Source: Deltaproteobacteria bacterium
GTDB lineage: Bacteria > Myxococcota_A > Polyangia > Haliangiales > JADYYK01
Assembly (NCBI GenBank): GCA_020853705.1
Contig: JADYYK010000107.1
Location: 1 to 21,933 of the forward strand
Reading direction: 5' to 3'
Length of the DNA: 21,933 nucleotides
Of the stretch, positions 5,665-16,065 are shown piece by piece. The notes beneath the pieces were generated by a model. The model saw only the letters and a list, made by a program, of their open reading frames with translations, had not been told where the DNA came from and did no database searches. The position numbers were made by a program, and so were the translations under genes. Every line of letters starts with the position of its first letter. Position 1 is the first letter of the stretch.

Positions 5665-7449
5665 TCAACCGAAGCGCGTGCGCAGGGTGCGCACCACCTC
5701 GGCCTCGCGGGCCAGGCGGCGGCGCTCGGCGCTGAGCAGATCGCTGCGGCTCAGGATGGCGACCACGGCGTGAGGCGCGGTGTGGCCCAGCACCGGGACG
5801 CGTCCGATGTCGGCCACCGCCATGATCTCCATGGCCTCGCGCACGGTGGCGTCCTCGCGCACCGCGTGCACCGGTCCGGTGTGCAGCGCGGCGCGCACGG
5901 GGGCGCCGCCGGGCCGCGCCTGGTCCAGGAGCTCCTCCCGGGTGACCATGCCGACCAGGAGGTCACCGTCGACCACCGGGAAGCTGTGGTGCACCGCCTC
6001 GGGGGCGTCGCTGGCCAGCCAGGCGCGCACCTCGGCCAGCGGGCGCTGCGCGCCGAGCGTGCTGGGCGGACGGCTGGCGACCTCGTGCACGCGGAGCTGG
6101 TGCAGCGGATCGATCTCGTACTCGTCGGGCACGCGGGCGCCGCGCCGGGCCAGCTTCTCGGTCATGATCGACGTGCGCATGGTCAGGCTGGCGCTCAGGT
6201 AGGCCGCGCTGCAGCCCGCCAGCAGCGGGAGCAGCCCCCCCTGGTGACGCGTGGTCTCGTAGGCGAACACGATCGAGGTCAGCAGTGCGCGCGAGGCGCC
6301 GGCGAACATCGCCGCCATGCCGACCAGGCCTGCGATGCGCACGTCGATGCCGAGGCCCGGCCACAGCGCGATCATGCCGCCACCGAGCAGGCCGCCGAGG
6401 CCCGCGCCCAGGGTGAACAGCGGCGCCAGCGTGCCGCCCGAGGTGCCGCTGCCCAGCGAGATGCTCCACGACACCCACTTGGCCAGCACCAGCAGCGCGA
6501 TGGCGCCGGGCAACATTGCGCCCGAGGCCAGCGCCTCGATGTTGTCGTAGCCGACGCCCATGGTGCGCGGCGACAGCCAGCCGATGACGCCGACCACCAG
6601 GCCGCCCAGCGCGGGCCACCACATCCAGTGCAGGCGCAGGTGCTCGAAGGCGTCCTCGACGGCGTAGACCAGGCGCGACACCCCGGCCGAGGCCACCCCG
6701 ATGACGGCGCCGATGAGGACATAGCCGAGCAGCGCCGCGCCCGCGGGCTCGCTGATGTCGGGCATCAGGAAGGCGGGGTGGCTGCCCAGGAAGGCGATGC
6801 GCACCGCGGCGGCGGTGGCGGCCGCCAGCGCGACCGGGATCAGCGAGCGCGGGCGCAGCTCGAACAGCAGCAGCTCGACGGCCAGCAGGACCGCGGCGAC
6901 CGGGCTGCCGAAGGTCGCCGACATGCCGGCGGCGGCGCCCGCGGCCAGCAGCGTCTTGCGCTCGCCGTGGGTGACCGGGAGCAGCTGGCCGAGCAGCGAG
7001 CCCAGCGCGCCGCCGGTGGCGATGATGGGGCCCTCGGCGCCGAAGGGGCCGCCGGTCCCGATCGAGATCGCGGCCGACAGTGGCTTGAGCAGGGTCATGC
7101 GCGCCGGGACCCGGCTGTCGTTGTAGAGCACCTGCTCCATGGCCTCGGGGATGCCGTGGCCGCGGATGGCGGGGCTGCCCCAGCGCGCCAGCACGCCGAT
7201 GAGCAGCGCGCCCGCGACCGGGACGCAGATGACCCAGGCGCCGAGGTGGTGGCCGGCGGGGCCGACCCAGCTGGCGCTGAGGCGGCCGTAGAAGGCCAGG
7301 TTGGTGATGAGGGCGATGAGGTGGGTCAACCCCTGCGCGGCCACCGCGGCGGCGGCGGCGATGACGACGGCGAGCAGCGAGATGGCGACCACGCGGGGGG
7401 TGATGACGGCGCGCGACGCCGAGGTCTGACGCGGGTCAGGTCCGGGCAT
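5665..7449 (-). CDS. ClC-family chloride channel / Cl-/H+ antiporter with a C-terminal CBS-domain pair
   Basis: ClC signature segments are present: GHGIPE, GTGGPFGAEGPII, GAAAGMSATFGSPVA and GSGTSGGTLAPLF. There are many TM helices. The C-terminus carries two CBS-like modules (FPVVDGDLLVGMVTREELL and IGRVPVLG..VVAILSRSDLL). Confidence 0.95.
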   Translation of the reverse strand: MPGPDPRQTSASRAVITPRVVAISLLAVVIAAAAAVAAQGLTHLIALITNLAFYGRLSASWVGPAGHHLGAWVICVPVAGALLIGVLARWGSPAIRGHGIPEAMEQVLYNDSRVPARMTLLKPLSAAISIGTGGPFGAEGPIIATGGALGSLLGQLLPVTHGERKTLLAAGAAAGMSATFGSPVAAVLLAVELLLFELRPRSLIPVALAAATAAAVRIAFLGSHPAFLMPDISEPAGAALLGYVLIGAVIGVASAGVSRLVYAVEDAFEHLRLHWMWWPALGGLVVGVIGWLSPRTMGVGYDNIEALASGAMLPGAIALLVLAKWVSWSISLGSGTSGGTLAPLFTLGAGLGGLLGGGMIALWPGLGIDVRIAGLVGMAAMFAGASRALLTSIVFAYETTRHQGGLLPLLAGCSAAYLSASLTMRTSIMTEKLARRGARVPDEYEIDPLHQLRVHEVASRPPSTLGAQRPLAEVRAWLASDAPEAVHHSFPVVDGDLLVGMVTREELLDQARPGGAPVRAALHTGPVHAVREDATVREAMEIMAVADIGRVPVLGHTAPHAVVAILSRSDLLSAERRRLAREAEVVRTLRTRFG

Positions 7450-7455
7450 TTATGG

Positions 7456-7477
7456 ATTCCATGGGATCCCATGGAAT
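7456..7477. promoter_or_regulatory. Perfect 22-bp palindrome ATTCCATGGGATCCCATGGAAT, 6 nt upstream of the ClC start codon; candidate operator or 5'-UTR hairpin
   Basis: All 11 positions of each half-site are complementary (checked base by base). It is locally AT-richer than the surrounding sequence. It sits between the ClC ATG (7447-7449, minus strand) and the 17-bp repeat array. The regulatory role is inferred; the palindrome itself is certain. Confidence 0.5.
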
Positions 7478-7514
7478 ATGACCGAGCGAGCTCCGTCAAG
7501 CCATGAGGTCGCGC

Positions 7515-7633
7515 GTCAGGCGTGCGCGGGCGTCAGGCGCGCGCGGGCGTCAGGCGTGCGCGGGCGTCAGGCGTGCGCGGGCGTCAGGCGTGCGCGGGCG
7601 TCAGGCGTGCGCGGGCGTCAGGTGGGGCAGGCG
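7515..7633. repeat. Tandem array of about 7 copies of a 17-bp unit (GTCAGGCGTGCGCGGGC) between the marR stop and the ClC start
   Basis: GTCAGG recurs at 7515, 7532, 7549, 7566, 7583, 7600 and 7617, an exact 17-nt period. Copy 2 has one T-to-C change. The last copy is degenerate and abuts the marR stop codon at 7634-7636. Confidence 0.95.
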
Positions 7634-8134
7634 TCAGCCGCGGCGGCGGCGGCTCGACGCCGGTCGCGGTGACTCTTCGAAGAACATCGTCGGCGGCTCG
7701 GCGTCGATGCCCATCGCCGCGGCCAGCGCCTCCATCGAGGTGCGCAGCGCCTTGCGCGTGGTCGGCGACAGCGAGCGGACGGCCGCGATGAGGCCGAACT
7801 GCACCGGCATCGGCGCCCGCGCGCACAGGGCGCGGCCGGCGGCGGTCAGCGACAGCTCGCGGCGGCGGCGATCGGTGCTCGACGGCGTGCGCGCGACCAG
7901 GCGGCGCGCGACCAGGCGCGCGACCACGACCGAGACCGAGCTGGGATCGGTCAAGGTGCGGCTGGCCAGCTCGGCCAGCGAGGCGGCCGGGGTGTCGCCG
8001 AGCTCGTGCAGCACGAAGAGCTGGGCCCCGCTCAGGCCGACGCTGTTCTCGGCGCGGTGGGCGGAGGTGCGCAGCGAGCGGACGATCCGTCGCAGCGCAT
8101 CGAGCGCATGGGAGGCATCGTCTCCAGCGTGCAT
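7634..8134 (-). CDS. MarR-family transcriptional regulator
   Basis: The winged-helix region GLSGAQLFVLHELGDTPAASLAELASRTLTDPSSVSVVVARLVARRLVARTPSSTDRRRRELSLTAAG is typical of MarR. The start is taken at the ATG at 8134 (MHAGDDASHALDALRRIV). The upstream part of the track ORF looks non-coding. Confidence 0.85.
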   Translation of the reverse strand: MHAGDDASHALDALRRIVRSLRTSAHRAENSVGLSGAQLFVLHELGDTPAASLAELASRTLTDPSSVSVVVARLVARRLVARTPSSTDRRRRELSLTAAGRALCARAPMPVQFGLIAAVRSLSPTTRKALRTSMEALAAAMGIDAEPPTMFFEESPRPASSRRRRG

Positions 8135-8304
8135 GGTTTCGGTGTTAAGCGACCGCCACACGTTCGTCAAGCGCAGACAATGCGCGCTCGCCCCGGACCT
8201 CATCGACCAGGGCAGATCGACCAGCGCACGCTGCATCGAGACGCGGAGAGCCGACAGGGCTGAAACCTGGCGGCCCTGGCGGCCCGCTCGCTATACTCGG
8301 CCAC

Positions 8305-11013
<2,709 letters not shown>

Positions 11014-11029
11014 CCGCCGGGCGGCGCGC

Positions 11030-12745
11030 TCAGGGCTGGGCGGTGGAGGCGAGGCGTAGCGTGGTGATGAGGGCGTGGCCGCCGTTGCGCGGCACGTAGC
11101 CGCCGTCGGAGCCGCTGCCGGCGCGGGTCTGCACGCGGCGCGCGTCGATGCCCTCGGCCACCAGGTACTCCTTGACCTTGCGCGCGCGGATGCCGGCCAC
11201 CGTGAGGGGGTGGTAGTTGTCGGTCTCGAGCGAGCCCGAGAAGCCAGTGACGCGGACGCCCAGGGTGGGGTCCTTGCGCAGGTCCTCGACCAGCACCTCG
11301 AGGAAGACGGCGGCCTTGGCGGAGACCACGGCGTCGTTGCTGGTGAAGCTGATCTTCAGCGGCGAGAGGCCGAGGTCGGTCCAGGTGGCGCCGTCGTAGT
11401 CGATGATGGGTGCGGGGCTCGGCTCGGGTGTCGGGTCGAACAGGGGGTCGGGGGTCGGGTCGGGCTCGGGCGTCGGGTCGGTGCTGGGCTCGGGCGTCGG
11501 GTCGAACAGGGGGTCGGGGGTCGGGTCGGGCTCGGGGCTGGGTGTCGGCTCGGGCGTGGTCGGGCTGGTGGCGTCGGGCGCGGCGGCGAGCGTGTCGTGA
11601 CGGGAGGGCTCGGGGCGCGTGGCCAGGTAGCCGACCACGCCGGCGAACACCACCACGGCGGCGGCGAGCGCGAGCCAGAGTGCGGAGCGGCTGCGGGCGG
11701 GCGGGGCCGTGGCCGTGCTGGTGGAGCTGATCGTGCCCGTGGAGGTGCTGGTGCTGGTGCTGGTGGTCGTGCCCGTGGACGTGCTGGGGCTGGTGGTCGT
11801 GCCCGGGGACGTGCTGGTGCTGGCCGCACCCGGCGCCGCGCGCAGGGCCGCGGCCATGTCGTCGCAGCTGGCGAAGCGCTGCGCCGGATCGACCGCGAGG
11901 GCGCGCTGGATCACCGCCGCGATACCGGGGTCCAGCCCGGGTCGCACCTTTTCGGCCGGACGCTGGCCGCCGCGCACGATCTTCTCCATCACGTCGAAGT
12001 CGCTGTCGCCAGCAAAGGCCAGCTCCAGGGTCGCCAGCTCGTACAGCAGCGCCCCCAGGGAGAACACATCGGAGCGCGGGGTGACCTCCTTGGCGCGGCG
12101 GATCTGCTCCGGGCTCATGTAGGACAGCGTGCCCAGGCGGGCGTCGGCGTGGGTCGAGCGCTTCTTGCCGCCGCCCGCGGCGGCCTCGACCTTGGCGATG
12201 CCGAAGTCGCTGACCTTGGGGATGAGCTGTGCGCCGGGGCGCCGCACCAGGAGGACGTTGGCCGGCTTGAGATCGCGGTGGATGACCCCGCGCGCGTGGG
12301 CGTGGCCGACCGCCGCCAGCACCGGCAGCATCAGCGCGCGGATGACCTCGGCGTCGGGGGGGCGCTTCTGCTCGGCCAGCCAGCCCTCCAGCGAGGGGCC
12401 ATCGATGAGCTCCATGACCAGCGCCGCGACCGAGGCGGTGGCCACGATGCCGGTCACCTTCACGATGTGCGGGTGATCGAGGACCTTGGCGCCCAGCTTG
12501 GCCTCGTCGAGGAAGCGCTGGCGGGCGTCGGCGTTGGCGCGCACCTCGGGCTCCAGGACCTTGAGCGCGTGCAGCGTCTCGAGCAGGGCGTGGCGCACGC
12601 GATAGACCCGCGCCATGCCACCGCCGCCGAGCTCGGCCTCGACGACGTAGTCCCCGATCTGGGTCCCCGGCTGCACGATTCCCCCAGGCCATACTACCCC
12701 GTGGCATGATGAAGTGATGCCTGGGGCCGAAGCGGGGGCAAGCAT
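11030..12745 (-). CDS. Ser/Thr protein kinase with a Ser/Thr-rich linker, TM helix, Pro-rich periplasmic repeat and a C-terminal OmpA-like domain
   Basis: Kinase motifs are present: LGGGGMARVYRV, HALKVL, HRDLKPANVLL, DFGIAKV and GTLSYMSPE. After a (T/S)-rich tract comes the TM helix LWLALAAAVVVFAGVVGYL, then a duplicated PEPDPTPDPLFDPTPEPS. The C-terminus (VTGFSGSLETDNYHPLTVAGIRARKVKEYLVAEGIDARRV) resembles the OmpA_C peptidoglycan-binding pattern. The start is uncertain. The ATG at 12745 overlaps the neighbouring receiver gene's ATG. The in-frame GTG at 12676 (MQPGTQIGDYVV) is at least as plausible. Confidence 0.9.
   Translation of the reverse strand: MLAPASAPGITSSCHGVVWPGGIVQPGTQIGDYVVEAELGGGGMARVYRVRHALLETLHALKVLEPEVRANADARQRFLDEAKLGAKVLDHPHIVKVTGIVATASVAALVMELIDGPSLEGWLAEQKRPPDAEVIRALMLPVLAAVGHAHARGVIHRDLKPANVLLVRRPGAQLIPKVSDFGIAKVEAAAGGGKKRSTHADARLGTLSYMSPEQIRRAKEVTPRSDVFSLGALLYELATLELAFAGDSDFDVMEKIVRGGQRPAEKVRPGLDPGIAAVIQRALAVDPAQRFASCDDMAAALRAAPGAASTSTSPGTTTSPSTSTGTTTSTSTSTSTGTISSTSTATAPPARSRSALWLALAAAVVVFAGVVGYLATRPEPSRHDTLAAAPDATSPTTPEPTPSPEPDPTPDPLFDPTPEPSTDPTPEPDPTPDPLFDPTPEPSPAPIIDYDGATWTDLGLSPLKISFTSNDAVVSAKAAVFLEVLVEDLRKDPTLGVRVTGFSGSLETDNYHPLTVAGIRARKVKEYLVAEGIDARRVQTRAGSGSDGGYVPRNGGHALITTLRLASTAQP
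11421..11552. repeat. In-frame 66-bp tandem duplication inside the kinase gene (Pro/Asp/Thr-rich periplasmic linker)
   Basis: About 49 nt beginning ggctcgggYgtcgggtcgaacagggggtcgggggtcgggtcgggctcgg occur at 11421 and again at 11487 with a single mismatch. The 66-nt period equals 22 codons. Confidence 0.9.
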
Positions 12746-13136
12746 GGCGGAGCTGTCGGTCCTCCTGGTCGAGGACAACGAGCAGAACCTGGAGCTGGCG
12801 CAGTTCCTCCTCGAGGAGGCCGGCGTCGCCGTCGCGGTGGCGCGCGACGCCGCCTCGGCGCGCGCGGCGTGGGGCCAGCCCGGCCTCGGCTGCGTGCTGA
12901 TGGACATGGATCTCGGCGGCACCGACGGCCTCACGCTGGTGCGCGAGCTGCGCGCGCAGCCGGCCACCGCGGCCCTACCGGTGATCGCGCTGACCGCCCA
13001 CGCGATGCGCGGAGACCGCGAGCGCTTCCTGGCCTGCGGCTGCTCGGGCTACATCGCCAAGCCGATCCAGCCCAGGCTGTTCGTGGACGAGGTCAGGAAG
13101 ATCGCCGGCGCAGGCGCAGGTGGAGGTGGCAGGTGA
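12744..13136 (+). CDS. Stand-alone CheY-like response-regulator receiver domain protein
   Basis: Receiver residues are present: MAELSVLLVEDNEQN.., phospho-acceptor context VLMDMDLGGTDG, IALTAH and YIAKP. The start is placed at the ATG at 12744, preceded by GGGGG; the track starts at a GTG at 12714. The stop TGA overlaps the next gene's GTG (GTGA). Confidence 0.9.
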   Translation: MAELSVLLVEDNEQNLELAQFLLEEAGVAVAVARDAASARAAWGQPGLGCVLMDMDLGGTDGLTLVRELRAQPATAALPVIALTAHAMRGDRERFLACGCSGYIAKPIQPRLFVDEVRKIAGAGAGGGGR

Positions 13137-15112
13137 GCGCGCCGGACACTGGCGCGATCTCCCCTGACGAGCTGCTGGGCGCGCCCGGCTTCGTGCTGGC
13201 GGTGGACGACCAGGACATGAACCTCGAGCTGGTCGACGCCATCCTGGGCATGGAGGGCTTCGAGGTCCAGACCGTGACCTCGGGCGCCGCGGCGCTGGCG
13301 GCGGTGGCCAGGCGGCAGCCGGACTGCATCGTGCTCGACGTCATGATGCCGGGCATGAACGGCTTCGAGGTCGCGCGCCGGCTCAAGGGCGACCGGCATA
13401 CGCGCTGGATCCCGATCGTGATGCTGACCGCGCTCAGCGAGGTCGAGGCCAAGGTGCAGGGGCTGGAGGTCGGCGCCGACGACTTCCTCAACAAACCGGT
13501 GGATCGGCTGGAGCTCATCGCGCGGGTGCGCTCGCTGGTCAAGATCCGGCGCCTGCGCGCGGAGCTCGAGACCTCCGAGGACATCATCTTCTCGATGGCG
13601 CGTGCGCTGGAGAGCAAGAGCCCGGTGATGGCGGGCCACAGCGAGCGGGTCGCCGCCGGGGCGCTGCGGCTGGCCACCGCGCTGGGGCTGCCGGTCAGCG
13701 CCATCGACACCATCGGCAAGGCGGCCTGCTTGCACGACCTCGGGCAGATCGGCGTGCCCGAGCGGGTGCTGGAGGCGCCGCGCCCCCTGGCCGGCGACGA
13801 TCTGGTGGCGTTCCGGCCGCACGTCGAGATCGGCGCCCGCATCCTGGCCCCGCTCGAGGGCTTCGCCGGGGTGCGCGAGATCATCCGCCACCACCACGAG
13901 CGTCGCGACGGCTCGGGCTATCCCGATGGGCTGCGCGGCGAGGCGGTGCCGGTGGGCGCCGAGATCGTCGGGCTGGTCGACTGCTATGTCGATCTGTCGG
14001 CGCGCCAGGGTCGGGCGACGGCGGAGGCCGCGGTGCGCGAGATGGCCGGGCGCGAGTTCGGGCGTGCGCTGGTGATGAAGCTGCTCGAGCTGCCCGCGGT
14101 GCTGGCCGGCGAGCTGCCGGAGGGCGGCTGGGAGTCGCTGCTGCCGGTGGTGGCGCCGTCGCGCCCGGGGCGCATCGTGGTGGCCGACGACTCACCCAGC
14201 AACCGCGAGCTCCTGATGGAGGTCCTGACCTCGGCCGGGCACCAGGTAGTGGCTGTGAACAGCGGCGTGGCCGCGCGCCAGGCCATCGAGCGCGAGCTGC
14301 CCGATCTGGTGGTCACCGACGTGCGCATGCCGGGCCTCGACGGCTTCGAGCTGTGTCAGACCCTGAAGGCGCACCCACGCACCGAGCTTCTGCCCGTCAT
14401 CCTGGTCACGGCGGACAAGGGCGTCGATGATCGCAAGCGCGGGGTCGCGGTCGGCGCCGACGACTTCCTGCTGGTGCCCATCAACCACCAGGAGCTGGTG
14501 GCGCGCGTGCGCTCGCTGCTCAGGCTGCATCACCTGGCGCTCGATCTGGAGCATCACCAGGCCGTCATCCTGTCGCTGGCCAACGCCATGGAGGCCAAGG
14601 ATCCCTACACCCACGGCCACTCCGAGCGCGTCGGCGCCTTCGCCGAGTCGCTGGGGCGCCAGCTGGCGCTGCCCGAGGACACCTGTCAGCTGCTGCGGGT
14701 CGCTGGCTATCTGCACGACATCGGCAAGATCGGCATCCCCGAGCGGCTGCTGTGCAAGCCCGGCAAGCTGACCGCCGAGGAGTTCCAGACCATCGTCAGC
14801 CACCCCTCGATGGGCGAGGTGATCTGCCGCCCGTTGCGCACGGTGCGGCGCGTGCTGCCGCTCATCAAGCACCACCACGAGCGCTTCGACGGCACCGGCT
14901 ATCCTGACCACCTGGCCGGCGAGGCCATCCCGCTGGGGGCGCGGGTGCTGGCGCTGGCCGACGCTTATGACGCGCTGACCTCCGAGCGCAGCTACCGCAA
15001 GGCGCTGCCCCAGGCGGAGGCGCTGTCGATCCTGGCGCGGGAGACCGCGGACGGGAAGTGGGATCCGAAGATCTATGCGGCGCTGCGGGTGATGCTGGCG
15101 CGGACGGGGTAG
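13133..15112 (+). CDS. Tandem (REC - HD-GYP) x2 protein, RpfG-type predicted c-di-GMP phosphodiesterase
   Basis: The GTG at 13133 is in frame with track ORF 12869..15112 and overlaps the upstream stop. Module 1 has VDDQD, VLDVMMPGMNG, LNKP, HSERVA, HDLGQIGVP and HHHERRDGSGYPDGL. Module 2 has ADDSP, VTDVRMPGLDG, HSERVG, HDIGKIGIP and HHHERFDGTGYPDHL. Confidence 0.95.
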   Translation: MSAPDTGAISPDELLGAPGFVLAVDDQDMNLELVDAILGMEGFEVQTVTSGAAALAAVARRQPDCIVLDVMMPGMNGFEVARRLKGDRHTRWIPIVMLTALSEVEAKVQGLEVGADDFLNKPVDRLELIARVRSLVKIRRLRAELETSEDIIFSMARALESKSPVMAGHSERVAAGALRLATALGLPVSAIDTIGKAACLHDLGQIGVPERVLEAPRPLAGDDLVAFRPHVEIGARILAPLEGFAGVREIIRHHHERRDGSGYPDGLRGEAVPVGAEIVGLVDCYVDLSARQGRATAEAAVREMAGREFGRALVMKLLELPAVLAGELPEGGWESLLPVVAPSRPGRIVVADDSPSNRELLMEVLTSAGHQVVAVNSGVAARQAIERELPDLVVTDVRMPGLDGFELCQTLKAHPRTELLPVILVTADKGVDDRKRGVAVGADDFLLVPINHQELVARVRSLLRLHHLALDLEHHQAVILSLANAMEAKDPYTHGHSERVGAFAESLGRQLALPEDTCQLLRVAGYLHDIGKIGIPERLLCKPGKLTAEEFQTIVSHPSMGEVICRPLRTVRRVLPLIKHHHERFDGTGYPDHLAGEAIPLGARVLALADAYDALTSERSYRKALPQAEALSILARETADGKWDPKIYAALRVMLARTG

Positions 15113-15132
15113 GGCGGAGGCGGAAACGGCGC

Positions 15133-15229
15133 GGAGACGGAGACGGAGACGGAGACGGAGACGGAGACGGAGACGGAGACGGAGACGGAGACGGAGCGGA
15201 GACGGAGACGGAGACGGAGCGGAGACGGA
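15133..15229. repeat. Intergenic hexanucleotide microsatellite (GGAGAC)n
   Basis: Ten perfect GGAGAC units (15133-15192) are followed by GGAGC, three units, GGAGC, and one unit plus GGA. It lies between the convergent HD-GYP gene and the membrane-protein gene. Confidence 0.95.
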
Positions 15230-15262
15230 CAGTATCTCTAGCCCTTCGGGCTAGAGATACTG
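15230..15262. terminator. Perfect 15-nt inverted repeat with a 3-nt spacer (CAGTATCTCTAGCCC-TTC-GGGCTAGAGATACTG); candidate bidirectional terminator hairpin
   Basis: The arms at 15230-15244 and 15248-15262 are exactly complementary. The hairpin lies between convergent genes, and its right arm contains the last codons and stop (QQYL*) of the minus-strand gene. It is AT-richer than its context. No clean U-tract follows on either strand, so function as an intrinsic terminator is inferred. Confidence 0.55.
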
Positions 15263-15973
15263 CTGCTCCTTCTCGCAGTACCAGCGGTTGTGCTCCGCGA
15301 CCCAGCGCAGCGGCGCGCCGCAGCGGGTGCAGGGGGTGACCTGCGCGGGGGCCGGCGGGGCCATGCCCATGGGCTGCTGCATGCCGGGCATGCCCATCGG
15401 GGGCTGCTGGGGCATGCCGGGGAAGCCGGGGCCAGTCGCGACCGGGGCGCCGCCGGCCTTGGCGGCCATGCCGTCGGGAGACTCCTCCCACTGCTTCATC
15501 ATGAGGCCGCCAGCGATGCCGGCCGCGCCGGCCAGCAGGGCCAGCGGGAAGCCGAAGCTGACGCCGATCTTGCCGCCATCGCCGGGGACGCTGGCGAAGA
15601 AGATGATCGACAGCAGGAGGTACGAGCTGCCCATGCCGATGGCGTTCTTCGACAGCGCCAGCGGGCCCGACCCGATGACCTTGCGCATGCCGACCGCGGC
15701 CGCGGCGCCGCCGCAGACCAGGCCGCCGATGGCGCCGAACACCATGACGAAGGTGCCCATGGTGGCCCAGGTGCTGCCGCTGCCGCGGCGGGCGGCCTTG
15801 CTGAGCGACACGCTCTCGCACTCACCCCCGCGACACATCTCGATACCCGTGGGGCCGACCGAGACGCTGCGACGCCCCTCACCGGCCGACCACCAGGTCT
15901 TGGTGAACGCCGTGATGAACATGAAGAGTGCCGCACCCGCCAGCAGCCCGAGAGCCAGTTTGCGCTTGTCCAA
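15251..15973 (-). CDS. Four-TM membrane protein with a Pro/Met/Gln-rich linker and a C-terminal zinc-ribbon-like CxxC...C motif
   Basis: The TTG start at 15973 is preceded by GGAGGGGGA (minus strand ctGGAGGgggacTTG). Hydrophobic helices include LALGLLAGAALFMFITAF, TFVMVFGAIGGLVCGGAAAAV, SSYLLLSIIFFASV and FPLALLAGAAGIAGGLMM. The tail reads PGMPQQPPMGMPGMQQPMGMAPP...CTRCGAPLRWVAEHNRWYCEKEQQYL. Confidence 0.75.
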   Translation of the reverse strand: MDKRKLALGLLAGAALFMFITAFTKTWWSAGEGRRSVSVGPTGIEMCRGGECESVSLSKAARRGSGSTWATMGTFVMVFGAIGGLVCGGAAAAVGMRKVIGSGPLALSKNAIGMGSSYLLLSIIFFASVPGDGGKIGVSFGFPLALLAGAAGIAGGLMMKQWEESPDGMAAKAGGAPVATGPGFPGMPQQPPMGMPGMQQPMGMAPPAPAQVTPCTRCGAPLRWVAEHNRWYCEKEQQYL

Positions 15974-16065
15974 GTCCCCCTCCAGGTCGAAAAGTGTGGC
16001 GGCATGCTACCAGAATCCGGCGCCTGCGGTGGAAACCTCTGACGTCGCGTGATACGGAAGCCGTC

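Noticed and set aside
7515-7633. Possible CRISPR array (also considered for 15133..15229).
   Set aside because: The repeats are directly tandem (17-nt and 6-nt periods) with no unique spacers. The units are far shorter than CRISPR repeats, and no cas genes are present in the window.
12743-12746. Overlapping divergent start codons sharing CATG (here, and at 1398-1401), considered as a deliberate antisense start-codon overlap.
   Set aside because: In both places plausible internal starts exist: GTG 12676 for the kinase; GTG 1334 and ATG 1465 at the other site. Those starts would restore a normal divergent promoter region. CATG is a short self-complementary word, so two occurrences are not compelling.
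15058-15339. Track ORFs translating the (GGAGAC)n microsatellite as GDGDGD.. (plus strand) or SPSPSP.. (minus strand, within 14865..15821).
   Set aside because: They have no credible start, RBS or flanking domain. They overlap the well-supported ends of the convergent genes. The repeat is best treated as intergenic.
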